64,000 nucleotides of DNA, from the NCBI GenBank assembly GCA_029717555.1, contig JAMDHS010000079.1, forward strand, positions 1 to 64,000. The letters run 5' to 3'. The position numbers and the translations under genes were made by a program. This DNA comes from Peribolospora baueri. Taxonomy: Eukaryota. Under the pieces are notes generated by a model. That model was not told where the DNA came from, searched no databases, and saw only the letters and a list, made by a program, of their open reading frames with translations. Below, piece by piece: positions 1 to 11,600 of this stretch (positions are counted from its first letter, which is position 1; every line of letters begins with the position of its first letter).

Positions 1-46
<46 letters not shown>

Positions 47-1787
47 GAAGATAAAGTCTGGGCGTCAGCTTTGTGTTCATGAGGGGCAGGCTAGGTAGGA
101 CACGGAAAGAAAGACGACGGCGGTTCTCCTCGTTCAATGTCCCTCACCCGGCGCCGCCGACGGTGAAATAGGCCTGGGAAAGAAAGCGGTTAAAGAAGGT
201 GCGGTGCGGCACAGGAGGTGAGAAATGCCCGTGTGAAATCAGCATACAGTTTGCGCAGACATAACGACGAAGAACGAACGCGAAACAAAACGGGTCGACG
301 AATTTGCCGGGCTACGGGTCCGTCTGCGGCCACGCAACTCACCACGTCGTCCGACAGGCCATGCTGAGCGACAGAGAGGAGCGCAGGCTGGTGGTTCGCT
401 GCCGTGTTGATGGAGCCCATGCGGTAGGTGCCAGCGGGTAGGCCTCCGGGTACCGTGGCCGAGAGCACGCCGTTCTGGGCGGGGTCGTTGAAGCCTTTGA
501 AGAAGGCGAACTGACGAATGGCGTGGCGGCAGCGGCGATGGATGGATGGATGGTGGTAAGGAGACCGCGCGTCAAAGAACGAACGAAAGCCGCTGGAAAC
601 AGGCGAGACTCACCTTTGTCGGATCAGTCAGCGCGGTGGACGTGAGGCTCTGGACTGCCTCCACAACGACGTGCGAGTGCCCGATACTGTAGGTAGGCGG
701 GCGGACGTCACCAGCAAATCGCTATGAGCGCCTGTGACCTGCGTCCTTCGCCACGATATATAACCGACTGGGGGACGACACTGCACATAACTCACAGCTG
801 GCCCTGTGCATTGACCTGCTGAGGCGCGGCAAAGTAGTTGGTCTGCGCGTTAACAAAGTTGCCCGTCTGCATGTTCTGGATGGCCATGGTGATGGTGAAG
901 GTGGTGTCGGCGCCGATGTTGGCCATATTCGCCGGGTTGGTAAATCTGCTCGATGGCATGCGGTTCTGGGCGACGATCTGACCCTGTTTGGGGGGGGGGG
1001 GAGGATGTGGGAAGAGAAAAGAAAGACGGCGAGGCGAGCGGCGAGGCAAGGAGTAGATGAAGAGGGTTGAGGAGCTCGTTCAAAAGAATTGACGAGGTTC
1101 GTAAGCAAGTCAAGCCTCACCATCGGCACCGGGTTACAAGAACCACCGACGAGCTGCTCGCCGTTGGTGATCGTCCGTCCCTGGCAAAAGTCGATGAAGC
1201 TATCGTGAAGAGAAGAGCACGATGTCATCAAAATCAGCCGTTCCGAAGCATAGTCGAGCCTCGAACACAGTCTCGCAGAAGCCGTCGGACGATTCGACGG
1301 AATCGTTCTCGCTCACTTACTTGTTCGTGCTAGTCAGTGACGGCGTCTCGTTGCCCTGGCTCTGAGCGTTCTTCGTGCCGTCTTGTGCCAGGTTGGAGCC
1401 TACGAGCTTCGGATCGAGAGCTGTTGGCGAGACCGAGCGCGGAGTGGAAAACGCATCGCAAATGCGGGCCGGCCTCCTCGGTCAAACGCCCGGATGGAGC
1501 GGATAGAACGGACTACGTCGGTACTCACTGAGGTTGCTGTTGCTGCCCGACCCGGTGTTATTGTTGGCCGCCGCGTTCTGGTTGGTGTTGGTCGCCGCGT
1601 TGGCTGCCCCAGTGGCCGACGCGGTGGCATTGTTGGCTGCCGCCCCTTGGGCGTTCTGGTTGTTGTCGTTTTTCGCCTGAGCGCCCTGGCCCTGAGCGGC
1701 TGCCTGGCCGACGTTGCCACCCCTGGCGGACACCGAGGAGAGAGCGCAGAGGGTGCCTAGAAGAATGAGGGGCCTGCTGAAGTGCAT
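1..1787 (-). CDS. Secreted fungal protein (signal peptide, Asn/Ala/Gln-rich linker, conserved Cys-containing domain); 3' end probably beyond the window start
   Basis: ATG at 1787 gives the signal peptide MHFSRPLILLGTLCALSSVSA. GT-AG exons at approximately 1787-1529, 1430-1321, 1199-1121, 984-795, 688-614, 510-344 and 175-149 splice to ...FIDFCQGRTITNGEQLVGGSCNPVPMGQI...NYFAAPQQVNAQG..IGHSHVVVE...FAFFKGFND...YRMGSINTAANHQP...DDVAYFTVG. Confidence 0.8.
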
Positions 1788-3435
1788 CTTCGTTCCGTCG
1801 GCGAGTCAGGAAGCGCGGGGAGCGGGAATGGGGGTGGCGCGGTTGGCAATCCAGGCCGAGCGGGGGATAGGGAAGAAAAGAGGAGCGCGGCTCGTGAATC
1901 GGCAAAAGAAGGAGCGAGGGGGGATGAAAGGACAAAGTTCGTGCACAGACGAAGGGACCCGAGATCAAGGGCCTTGGTGGGAAAAGCGAACGTGAAGAGA
2001 GACAGTCCTGCTGTCACGGGTGGGGAGGAGGAGAGAAGATGGAGGAAGAGGGTGGGGACGAGTGTCGACGGCTGAGTAAAGAAGAAAAGAAGGAAAACGA
2101 CGACGCAGGACGAGGGTGTCGCCGGAGGGCATTTTAAAGGCTGGCCAAGGAAGAGTGGAGGGGGATGGAAGAGGAAGACGTTCGCGCGCTCTCCTCTTCT
2201 CTTCTCTTCTCGTCCGCCGTCGTCGTCGTCGTCGTCGAGGGGCCGGCTTGACGACCAGCTCAACTCAGCATGGGCACGTGAGGAGGGGGCAAAGAGGGAG
2301 GAAAGGAAGAGAGAGAGGAGAGATTGAGCTAGGCGACAAATCAAATAACTCAGCCCCTCTCTCAACCACGAGGACGAGGAACGGGAATGAGTGGCTGAAG
2401 GAGACGGGATGCGGAGTGATGACCGACGGTCTCAATGGGGATGGACATCGTCGTCGCCCGTCAACGGATCGACGGAGCGTCTAATAAGCTGCGCCACCGA
2501 AAATATCGAATATCGAGGAGCACGTAGCCGTCATTGGAGACAGAGTCAACCTAGGGAGGGGGTCTCGCCAAAAGGAACGCGGTCGGACAAGGGCGCTCAA
2601 TATAGTTAGTTACCCGTCGTCCCGACCCCGGAAGGGCTGATGGTGCGTGTGCGAGGGACAAGGACGACGAATGGATGGAGCGGTCATTGGACGTCATTCG
2701 GCCATTCGAAGGATCGGGCAAGGTATGATGAGGAACGGCCGAGGCGAGAAGAGCAGGACGAGCAAGGGGGACGACGACGACGACGACGTGTATCCACGAC
2801 GACCGCGGCGCAGCGCACGAGCCACCGCGGAGGCAGATCCAACCAACCAAGTGGAGCCGGGTCGGATCTGATAAAGTGAAAGAAAAGCCGAGAACTGACC
2901 TTGGTGCGCACTTCGGTTCGACACTCAGTCGCCCACCAACCAGCTCATCAAGAATGCAATTCCAGTTCGACATATCTATCTATCTCATACAGGACCGGTG
3001 CGCCCATCAAGGCCACCGCCGCCCTGCTTCCCATTCAGATCCTCGCTCCTAAACGAACACTTCCCCACAAGTTGGCATGCGCCCGACAACCTCAAGTCCC
3101 ACTCCAATCCAGCCGAGCCCAAGCCCACCATGCATGGTACGTAACGTACAGAAACGGACTGCTCAGACCCCTCCTTGGCGGTCTGCGCACGTGTACGTCG
3201 ATCGTCGTCTGAGCCCTCGCCTATCCATTCATTCATCGATTCTATTCATCCATATGCGGCGTAGTCGGCCGATGCCGAGTCGAGTCGAATCGAGTCGAAT
3301 CGAATCACGGGCCGAGGGGCGAAAATAACGACGGCCGTGTCCGTCGGAAGCGTATATACGTACCTTGCCTGGGACCTAGTCCTGTTCTTCCTCCAGTCTG
3401 CGCGTCCGATCGGATCGGCCGCTACGGGGCAGATA

Positions 3436-3623
3436 TACACCACCATCCGTGCGTCGTTCAACGAGTCGTCGGCGCTCGTAATCACACAGGCGCTCGCTCG
3501 GCACATGCTCTTTGTCGCCGAGCTCTCGGTCCAGCTTTGTCGCCGAGCTCGCATGTGCCGACCGAGCGCCTGCGTGATTATGAAGGCCGAGGACTCGTTG
3601 AACGACGTATGGATGGTGGTGTA
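3436..3623. repeat. Inverted repeat, 73-bp arms (3436-3508 / 3551-3623), 8 mismatches
   Basis: TACACCACCATCCGTGCGTCGTTCAACGAG...GGCACATGC pairs with GCATGTGCC...GGATGGTGGTGTA. The loop carries a direct repeat, CTTTGTCGCCGAGCTC x2. Confidence 0.9.
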
Positions 3624-3739
3624 CACCGTCCAAACGTGCAGGAAAGCCGCCAGCGTAGGGATGGCCTTCGCGAAGGTGGACGCGGCAGCGGAGGCCGAGA
3701 CGGGCGAGTAGTGTACCGTGAAACGCCCATCCTCGATAG

Positions 3740-3916
3740 CGACACCATCGCCCTCAACACGCTCCGGCCCGAGCACCTGTATAAAATCGCCAGCCCCGAC
3801 TCGCACACCATGGGGCAAAATTGTCGGAAGGGGCGGCTTTGCCCATGGTGTGCGAGTCGGGGCTGGCGACTTTACATAGATGTTCAGGCCGGAGCGCGTT
3901 GAGGGCAATGGTGTCG
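3740..3916. repeat. Inverted repeat, ~79-bp arms with an ~18-nt loop
   Basis: CGACACCATCGCCCTCAACACGCTCCGG...CACACCATGGGGCAAA pairs with TTTGCCCATGGTGTG...GAGGGCAATGGTGTCG, roughly 85-90% identical by eye. Confidence 0.9.
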
Positions 3917-4894
3917 ATGGCAGACAGGTCGACCCAGGGGAAAAGGGTGTGAATGGAGGGTGAGAGGGTGCAGTCACTAGCGGGGTTAGCTGTCGGGATG
4001 AGTGTCGGTGCTGCGGGCGGTGGTTGGTTGGAGGGGGCGTGGAGGGACGCTGACGCTCCAGGCGTTCAAAAGAGGCGCCGACAGTTGATATGAAGGCATC
4101 GAGCTTTGCCTCGACGTTGGCCGTGCGAGTGCGAGTGTCGCTGGACTCCATGAACTTGCCCAACTTCGACACTCAGATGGCACAGAGCTGAAAACCCCGC
4201 CCGAGGCGTCTGGTTGCCCTTGCGGAAGAACCGTCGAAGATGGACGGACTTAACACCGCGCGACATGTCCTAACAGACCTGACGGGCGCCACGAAAAGCG
4301 AAGAGGAACCGAAGAGCGAAGAGGAAAGGCGAAGGAGAACTACCTAAGAGCAAAGAGAAATTACCTAAGGGAGGCCTGAAGGGCCGTGGCATAGAGGGGG
4401 AGAGGCGCCCGACGGAAGCGGCGCAGGGAGTAGAGGGCGCACGAAAATCACGTGACCAGATAGCAAGATGGAGAGAGAGGGAGTGGATACCCGACGTTCA
4501 ACAATCACTTCACTCGCGATCCCCGTTCACTCGAGTGCATAAACGTTGCGCTGCGCAGATGACGTCGACGATTGGCTATCATGTAGCTAGAATACACATG
4601 GGCGCGGGCAAACAAAACGAACAAAACCTTTTTGTGCGAGAGAGTGCACACCGCACGCAAACCACGGGCGCAAGCACAGAACCGTACACAGACGAGCGTG
4701 GACCACGAGCAGATCGGGGCGTTAGCGGCGCCGTGAAGACCGACGCTGGAGCCAGCCGAGCGTACTGCGTGTCCTTCCACGGTAACGCTTACACACGGCG
4801 AACCGCAACTGCGGCCCGTGCCTCTTCACCTATGCCGGACATGCACACGCAGACATTCATGCTTCGCCGACTGTACCCTCGGTCCCGTTTTGAC

Positions 4895-7145
4895 TCAGCT
4901 GTCCTCATCCAAAGCGGCGGCAGCCGGCGGGTGATGTTGGTGAGGGGGCTGATGGTGGCCGAACGCGCCTTGCGTGGCTGCGTTGACGAGCAACTGCGCG
5001 TCGTGGCTCAGCCCACCCAGTCCGTCCGCGCCGTTCGCGGCCGCGAGGCCCTGGAGCGCTTGCAGGTAATCCTGCCCCGACGGGCCTGACACAGGAACCG
5101 ACACCGATACCGATGAAGGACCCGGCGCTCCTCCTCCGTCCCCACCCGCACCCGTCTCGTCGTCCACTCCTCCAGTCCCTGCCCCTCCGCCGCCTCCAGG
5201 GGCACCCGCAGATCCTCCGTGCGCATTCGCGTGTTGCTGCGCTTGCGCTGCTGCCGCTGCGACAGCGGCAGCGAGCGCTTGGTGGGCAGGGATGTCGTGA
5301 CCGCCATAACTATTCAACGCCGCCGCCGCCGCCACCGCTGCCGGATCGTGATGGGTATGATGGCCTCCGACAGTGGCGGCCGCAGCAGCGGCGGCCTGTT
5401 GTTGTTGTTGCTGTTGATGGTGGTGGTGATGCTTGACAAATTCTGCCGCCACTTCTGGGCCGAGCTTCTGCGTGAGAGCAGACGCGGCGGCATGATTGAC
5501 GGCGACCTGGGCGTCGACGTAGGGGATGCCTTGGAGGTGGGAGGGGAAGGGCACGTTGGGGTCGTAGGCACGGCCGACGAACTGATGCTTGCGCTTAATC
5601 GACGCCACCCTGTCCAGTTCCCGGAACACGGCTGATCCAGCCTCTGTGCGCCAACTTGGCTGAACTGGACGCACGTACTGGTCCGCTTGGGACACGCGAC
5701 GACCTGTCGGAATGCGCGACGTCAGCGCAAGCCCTGCATATACACGCTTGAAATGCAAAGGAACACCCTTCCACGCTCACCCTCCTCATCCTCGTCCGCC
5801 GTGTCCTCCTCGCTGTGACAACTCTTCTCGTTGACGAACGCCATGAGCTGCGCGTGATCGACGACGACGTTGTAACGCGAAATGGCCTCCTTGAGTATCG
5901 CCAGCGCCGTTGGGTCTCCCTCTGGCCGCACCGTGTCCGGCAGCTTGATGTCCCTAACGTCCCGCTCGGATTCGGGCAAGATGGACAGCAGCGATGTTCG
6001 CCGAGCGGTGTATTTGCGCCCAATGCGCGACCGACGGCGGCTTCGAGTTAGAGAGGCAGAAAAGGGAACCGAGTCAGCGACGAGTTCAAGCAATAGCTTG
6101 TGCACGGTACCGCGAGCCTTCGATATCGGCCGCAAGACCCACTTGGCCTGGAGATCAAACTCCTTTTGGGGATTGCTCTTGACATGGTTGCTGTGCCAGT
6201 GGTTGTACTTTTTGTGGATCGCCGAACGAACAAAGCCACGGTGATGGCGAAAGGCGTGAAGGCGCTCGTCGGGAGAAGCATCGCACTGCCGGATGACTTC
6301 GTCGATGAAGTGTTCCTTGAAAAGCAGTCGAAGGGTCCATCAGCATACTCGGACGTCCGTTGCCTTGGATGACACATAAAACCCACCAAAGCAACATGGT
6401 TCTCTCCGTCGGTAAACTTTTTCCCCAAGTCCATCTTGTGTGGATCACCATCGGGCAGGGACTGCAACTTCTGATGCACCTGGGTGAGAACGAGCCGGAA
6501 GGGGAACAAGCTTCCCTCCATGAGTCCCAGCTCGTTTTCAATGTCGCTGTCCTTGGTCGCCTTTGGCACCGACGAGGCCCCCTTGCCACTTATGCTCCCG
6601 CCTGCCGAACCTGCCCGCGTGACGCGAGGCGTGGAGGTGGCTGTGCCGAGAGGGGAAGCCTGTGCGGAAGGGAGAGGCTGAGGTGGTGGCTGAGCGATGG
6701 GCGGAGGGGGAGGGCCTAGGTGGAGGTTGATGCCGGCCTGTTCGGCGGCAGATAGGATGGCGTGCGTCGCCTGTACGCCTCGGACAGCGTCCCTGACTTG
6801 AGTCAGCTCCACACGGACCTCTGCGCGAGGACGAATAAACAAACAGGAACATTGTTAGGATGTATGCAACATGATGAATGCCCTTGCCGGTAGAAGAGAC
6901 ACGTGCCATCTAGTCGATCACCCAACTCATCCTGCCCTTCGTCTACAACGTCAAACCTCTTCTCCAACCTGTTGAGGCGTTTCATCAAGCCAACGATCAG
7001 GTCCTTGATCTCGAAGGTATCCGGAGTGGGGCTCCGCCTATTTGCGAATTGTGGCCTCCTCGTCCTGCCCCTTCCAAAGCCGTCCTGACTTGTGCCTGCT
7101 CCCTGACCAGTGCCCATCGATGCAGATGCCTTGTCGACGTTGCCC

Positions 7146-7176
<31 letters not shown>

Positions 7177-7555
7177 ACGCCGCTGGATCGTTGGCGCTGG
7201 CCATGTCCGCCATGCTTGCGCCGTCCGCATGTCCCAAGACGCGATGCAAGTGCGCCGCATCTATGTCTTGCCCTCCGTTGAGGTCGAAGCTGGCGAGGTC
7301 ATCGTCATGGGCGCCAGTGTGATGATCGTTCTCGGTGATGAGATCCATGGCGGAAGCCTGCAGCTCGTCGGCGACTTGTTGACCGTGAGGAGCTGCGCTC
7401 CGACTCATTTTCCGCGGACGAGAAGATGTGACGGAAGGGGATGCGTCGGCGGCGCCGCTCAGGTCGACGAGGTCTTCGGCGTCGTCCGAGATGTAGCCGG
7501 TGCCATCGACGTCGGCGCCCTTGGAGCTGTCGTGGCGACGTCTCTTAAGGGGCAT
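4895..7555 (-). CDS. Hypothetical, probably nuclear protein (coiled coil, basic RRRSRIGRK segment, poly-Ala/His/Gln tracts)
   Basis: ATG at 7555 starts MPLKRRRH. ORFs 6803-7555, 6048-6842, 5722-6135 and 4895-5758 join through GT-AG introns. The spliced core reads EHFIDEVIRQC...KKYNHWHSNH...RRRSRIGRKYTARR...SCHSEEDT...QPSWRTEAG..FRELDR. Confidence 0.75.
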
Positions 7556-8692
7556 TAGGAGGGACGGGGGGCGGGAAGAGCAAACGCCGAGGCGAGCCTT
7601 CGTCCGTCAAAACGACGTCGATGCTGCGCAGAAGAGGGGGCAGGTGCGAGGAGGAAGGAAGGGTGAGCGCCATCTTTGCTCGGGACAACGACGAGGGGAG
7701 GGGACGTGGGGCGACGGATGGTCTGTCAAGCGTGTGATATTGTAGGCGAGGACACGGTGGTAGAGGGACGCTCTGCTCTGCACTGCACTGCACACTTCCA
7801 TGGAGGTGGGCGCGTCCGGGTCATGGTACGGGCGATGAGCGCCGGCGATCGGCTCACCTTTTGTGGACGGGGGTGTGTGTGTGTTGTGTGCTCGAGATGT
7901 GCGAAGGAGGGATGGCGGCGTGGACGAGACGAGTCGAGCACGCCAGCCCCAGCGGACCGGGCAGCCGGTTAGGGTTAGGGTCGGGGCCACGGCCGCCGTC
8001 ACGGGGCCCGAGTTCAATTAACCCTGTACTTTATTTAAGCGCGCCCTTACTAAGGCCGATTCCAATTTGTCCGCTCCTCCGCCGCCCCTTACTGGCTCGG
8101 TTGGCTGCGAACGGCGCCGCTGACGGACTGGACTGGACTTGACCCTCGCACACAATCTCCATTCACATCGACGGCGACGGCGACCACCACCACCACCACC
8201 AGCAGCGAGCCCAGGTAGCGAGCGAAGAAGGCGCGAGAACGGCGTCCACTTCCCCTCCTCTCGCCGCCAGCCGCTCCTCCCCTCCACTCCCTCGCGAGCC
8301 CCTCTGGCCGCGACAAGATATCTCCAGACCCGCATATACCACCGTCTACTTCTTGGGCTAGCTAGCTCTCCCCTCCACCACCCTCCGCCTCCTCTTCCTC
8401 TTCCTCTTCCTCGTCTTATCCCCTTCTTCACTCCTGCCTTCGTCCCTTTCCCCTGCATCTGGCCGCTTCCATTGCCTCGAGATAATCGCTGCCCCTTTCC
8501 TTCTCCCTTCCCTTTCTTCGGCGTCTCCGAAGCCCTTGCTTCCCCTACCCCTGATTCCGCCGCCGGCGCCCACCAGGCCGACCACCCGGCGCTCAAGTTC
8601 GCCATTACCTTCGCGCCAGCGTGCGGTCGACGTGGGCGATACGAGGCCAGACCAGATCGAAACCAGGTGAGGCTCGCTCGTGCGTTCGCGAT

Positions 8693-11600
8693 ATGAATCC
8701 CAACGCGCCCGTCTTCGGTGCGTCACCTCAGCGGCCGTCGCAGCCGGGTCAGCCGCCGCTGCAGCTCAAGATACCCGGCCATCCCGCCGGAGGGGCTCCT
8801 CAGACCATGTCCATGTCCTTCGCGCCGCCGCCCATCGCCTCACCGCCCATGCTATCGCCTGTCTCGGCCAGAGCGCCTCAGCAACAGCAGCCTATGCTGC
8901 CTTTCTCCAACCCGCCTGCCTTCATGGGCCATCCTGGCGGTCCGCCCTCTGTTCATCCCAGCGCCGGTGCCCCGTCGCCCTTCCTACCACCGCACATTCT
9001 CGCTCAGCTCCAGGCCCAGGCGGCGGCCGCTCAGCAGCAGGGAATGCCACCCCAGCGCATGCCCGCCCCGCCGTCTCTCTCCCCGCAGTTCTCGCGCCCC
9101 GTTCCAACCGGTCTTCCGGGCTCTGGCATGCTCTCTCCACAGTTCGCGTTGAGCGGCGGCGCGGGCCCCATCCAGGGCCGAGGCGGCAAACGCGGCCCCC
9201 TCAAGGGAGCGGGTCGCGGCGGAGGCCTCCCTGGTCGCCCGCCCACGAGTCCGGCCCTCAGTAACGCTTCGGCTAGCACCGGCACCGGCGCCGGCGCCGG
9301 TGCCGGCTCTGCGACTGCTTCTGCTGCGGCCAACTCCGCTCAGCCGGCCAAGCCAAAGCGAAAGGTGGTTGTCTCGCTACCAGTGGAGACGCCGGGTGAA
9401 GAGGCAGCCGAATCGGGCGAGGAGGCGGAGGGAGAGGAAGGGCCGAAGCAAGGAAAGATCCTCCCTCGTCCGTCCTGGGCGCGCAACCCGCTGCCACCCT
9501 CAGAGCGTCCGGAGGATGTTCTCCAGCCGCCTCCTGAGCTCATGTCTCGCACGCCGCACCCTGAGCCCATCCCCCGCTCGGAGGGTCTGCCGCCCACGAT
9601 CGACATTTACCTCCCCGGCCAAGCGGCATGGGCTGAGTACAATCAAGCGCGCATTGACGAAAAGCTCGAGAAGCTCGGCATTGGCCCGAGCTCCACTGGC
9701 CCATCTGCGTCTTGGATGGGTAACGGCTTGGGCAGGTTCGGCGGTATGGCCGGTCATCTGGGGCCGCACGGTAGGAGCATGTCGGTGAGTGGAGGACCCG
9801 TCGTAGCGCACAGGGTGCGCGTCAGGCTGATTTCTAGTCTACTGCGTGTCCATACAGATCTCCTCCCCGGCGGATCCGAACATGGTCTCTTTCAAGCTCA
9901 ACCGTTATCTCCAATCGCAGGCCCAGTCTGCTCCCCAGGCGCCGCCCTCCCCCACTTCGGCACGCTCCCAGGTCGGAGAAACGTCGTCGGACGGCCGCTC
10001 CGGCTCTCCTTCCAAGTCGGAAGGGCCTGTCGTGCCTCCTAACTCAGCCACGGGGCCGTGGAACCCCTTCGACAGATCCTTCCAATCGGATCTTCCTCCT
10101 CGGTTGCGCGATGCCATGTCCAAGTCCTCAACGGGTGGTCGTACCCACGGCCAGACCATGTCATTGAGCGTCCCCGCTAGTGGCGGACCCTTCGGGCCTT
10201 CCGTGCTGAGCGCCATGGGTCTTCCTGTTCCGCCCATGATGCTCGAAGAGGCGGGCGAAGAGGCGGGCGAGCTAACCGATTCCACCGACATGGTCCGACG
10301 GGGCTCGGAGCCTGGCTTGTCGGAAAAAGTGTCCGACTCGCTCGGCATGTCTCGCAATCTCTCGGAAGGAACGGCTCTAGGCGCCAAGGGCGCGTTTGCG
10401 GTGCCGCGCACCGGTTCGCGTTCTCAGCCCACCACACCAATGCATGGTCGCGCGTCCAGCTATCTTGACTTTGGTGTGGCGCCCGCCTCTGCCATCGCTC
10501 GCAGGGAGCTGGGTAGAGGTTTCGGATATGACATCGAGGAGGTGTCGGAGCCGGAAGAGAGCGTGGGGCGCCGCGCGGCACATTCGCGTCACGCTTCGCG
10601 CAGGTCCGTAGCCACCAACACCTCGTCTCGACTTGTTGCCGACGAGATGGAGGACGGCGAGCTGAGGACGAACCCTTCGGACGACGAGGCAGGTTCCCAA
10701 GTCGGCGAGACGGCAAAGAGCCGCATCATGCACCGGCGGCACAGCACGAGCGAGATTGAGGGCCCGCGTCCAGAACGGGAGGATGGGGACGAAGAGATAG
10801 GAGACGGACTCAGCGAGGTCGACTCGGAGGCGCTCAGGACGGGTGAGGAGGAGCTGAGCGACTTCGATGACGACGACATATCCGACGGCGAGTTCTCCAA
10901 TCCGTCTGACGAGGACCGCGCTCGTCAGGCTCGGCTCCAACGGCGCATGGCCGCTGCCCAAGGCCGACTAGCCGTCGAGCGGAATGCCGCGCGTGTCCGC
11001 CACAAGGACCTCCAAGATACTTCGATGGCTCGCACGAGCGAGACGGGCAAGAGCAACACGGGCGATGCCGAGGACGACTTTGTCTCCAATCCAAGCGACG
11101 ACGAGCGCTTCGAGCAGGAGCGCATCGCCCACAAGGACCGCGGGTGCTTGTCCCAGGATTTCAAGTTTCCGCCGAGGCCTTCTGCTCCCGGGCCGACTTC
11201 GAGCACGTCTTCGATCAACCCTCCTTCGCTCAACGCTCGGGCACCCGAGTTCGTTTTCGGAACTAAACCCTCGTCCCCCGGTCATGCTCGCATGCCCGCT
11301 CGGGCATCGTTGGAGAGCCCTCAAGGTAATCCGTACCGTCTGCCTTCGATCTCTAGCTCGTCTTTCGGCTCAAGCACTCTCGGGCCGAAAGAGCCACCGA
11401 GCGTCGGCCTCAGCGCGACTGCGCCGGAGTTCACCCCGACTGGCAACTTCACCTTCACTGCGCCGGGACCAAAGCTGCCTGTTTTGCCTGCTCAGGGTCC
11501 CACTCTGACGAGGCGCGAGGCTCAGGGTCGGGAGAAGCGACAGAAGACGTTTGGTATACAACAGCAGGGCAGTGGAGACGGAGAAGCACACTTCCACGCC

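Larger units (their letters stand above)
3430..4270 (-). mobile_element. Degenerate, internally rearranged gag-like relic of a tyrosine-recombinase (DIRS/Ngaro-like) retrotransposon
   Basis: Encodes FAKAIPTLAAFLHVWTVYTTI...SFNES and NTLRPEHLYKIASPDS, homologous to the copies at 50.05-50.83 kb and 51.1-51.8 kb (shared CACTAGCGGGGTTAGC and CCAGCCCCGA segments). Contains internal inversions. The family call is from recalled similarity to basidiomycete DIRS/Ngaro gag. Confidence 0.65.

Noticed and set aside
1..45. 45-nt poly-A run at the window start
   Set aside because: Reads as a poly-T tract inside an intron of the minus-strand gene, like the one at ~31486-31522; there is no evidence for a retrocopy tail.
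3270..3310. CGAGT/CGAAT short tandem repeats considered as a CRISPR-like array
   Set aside because: Simple pentanucleotide microsatellite with no spacers, in a eukaryotic context.
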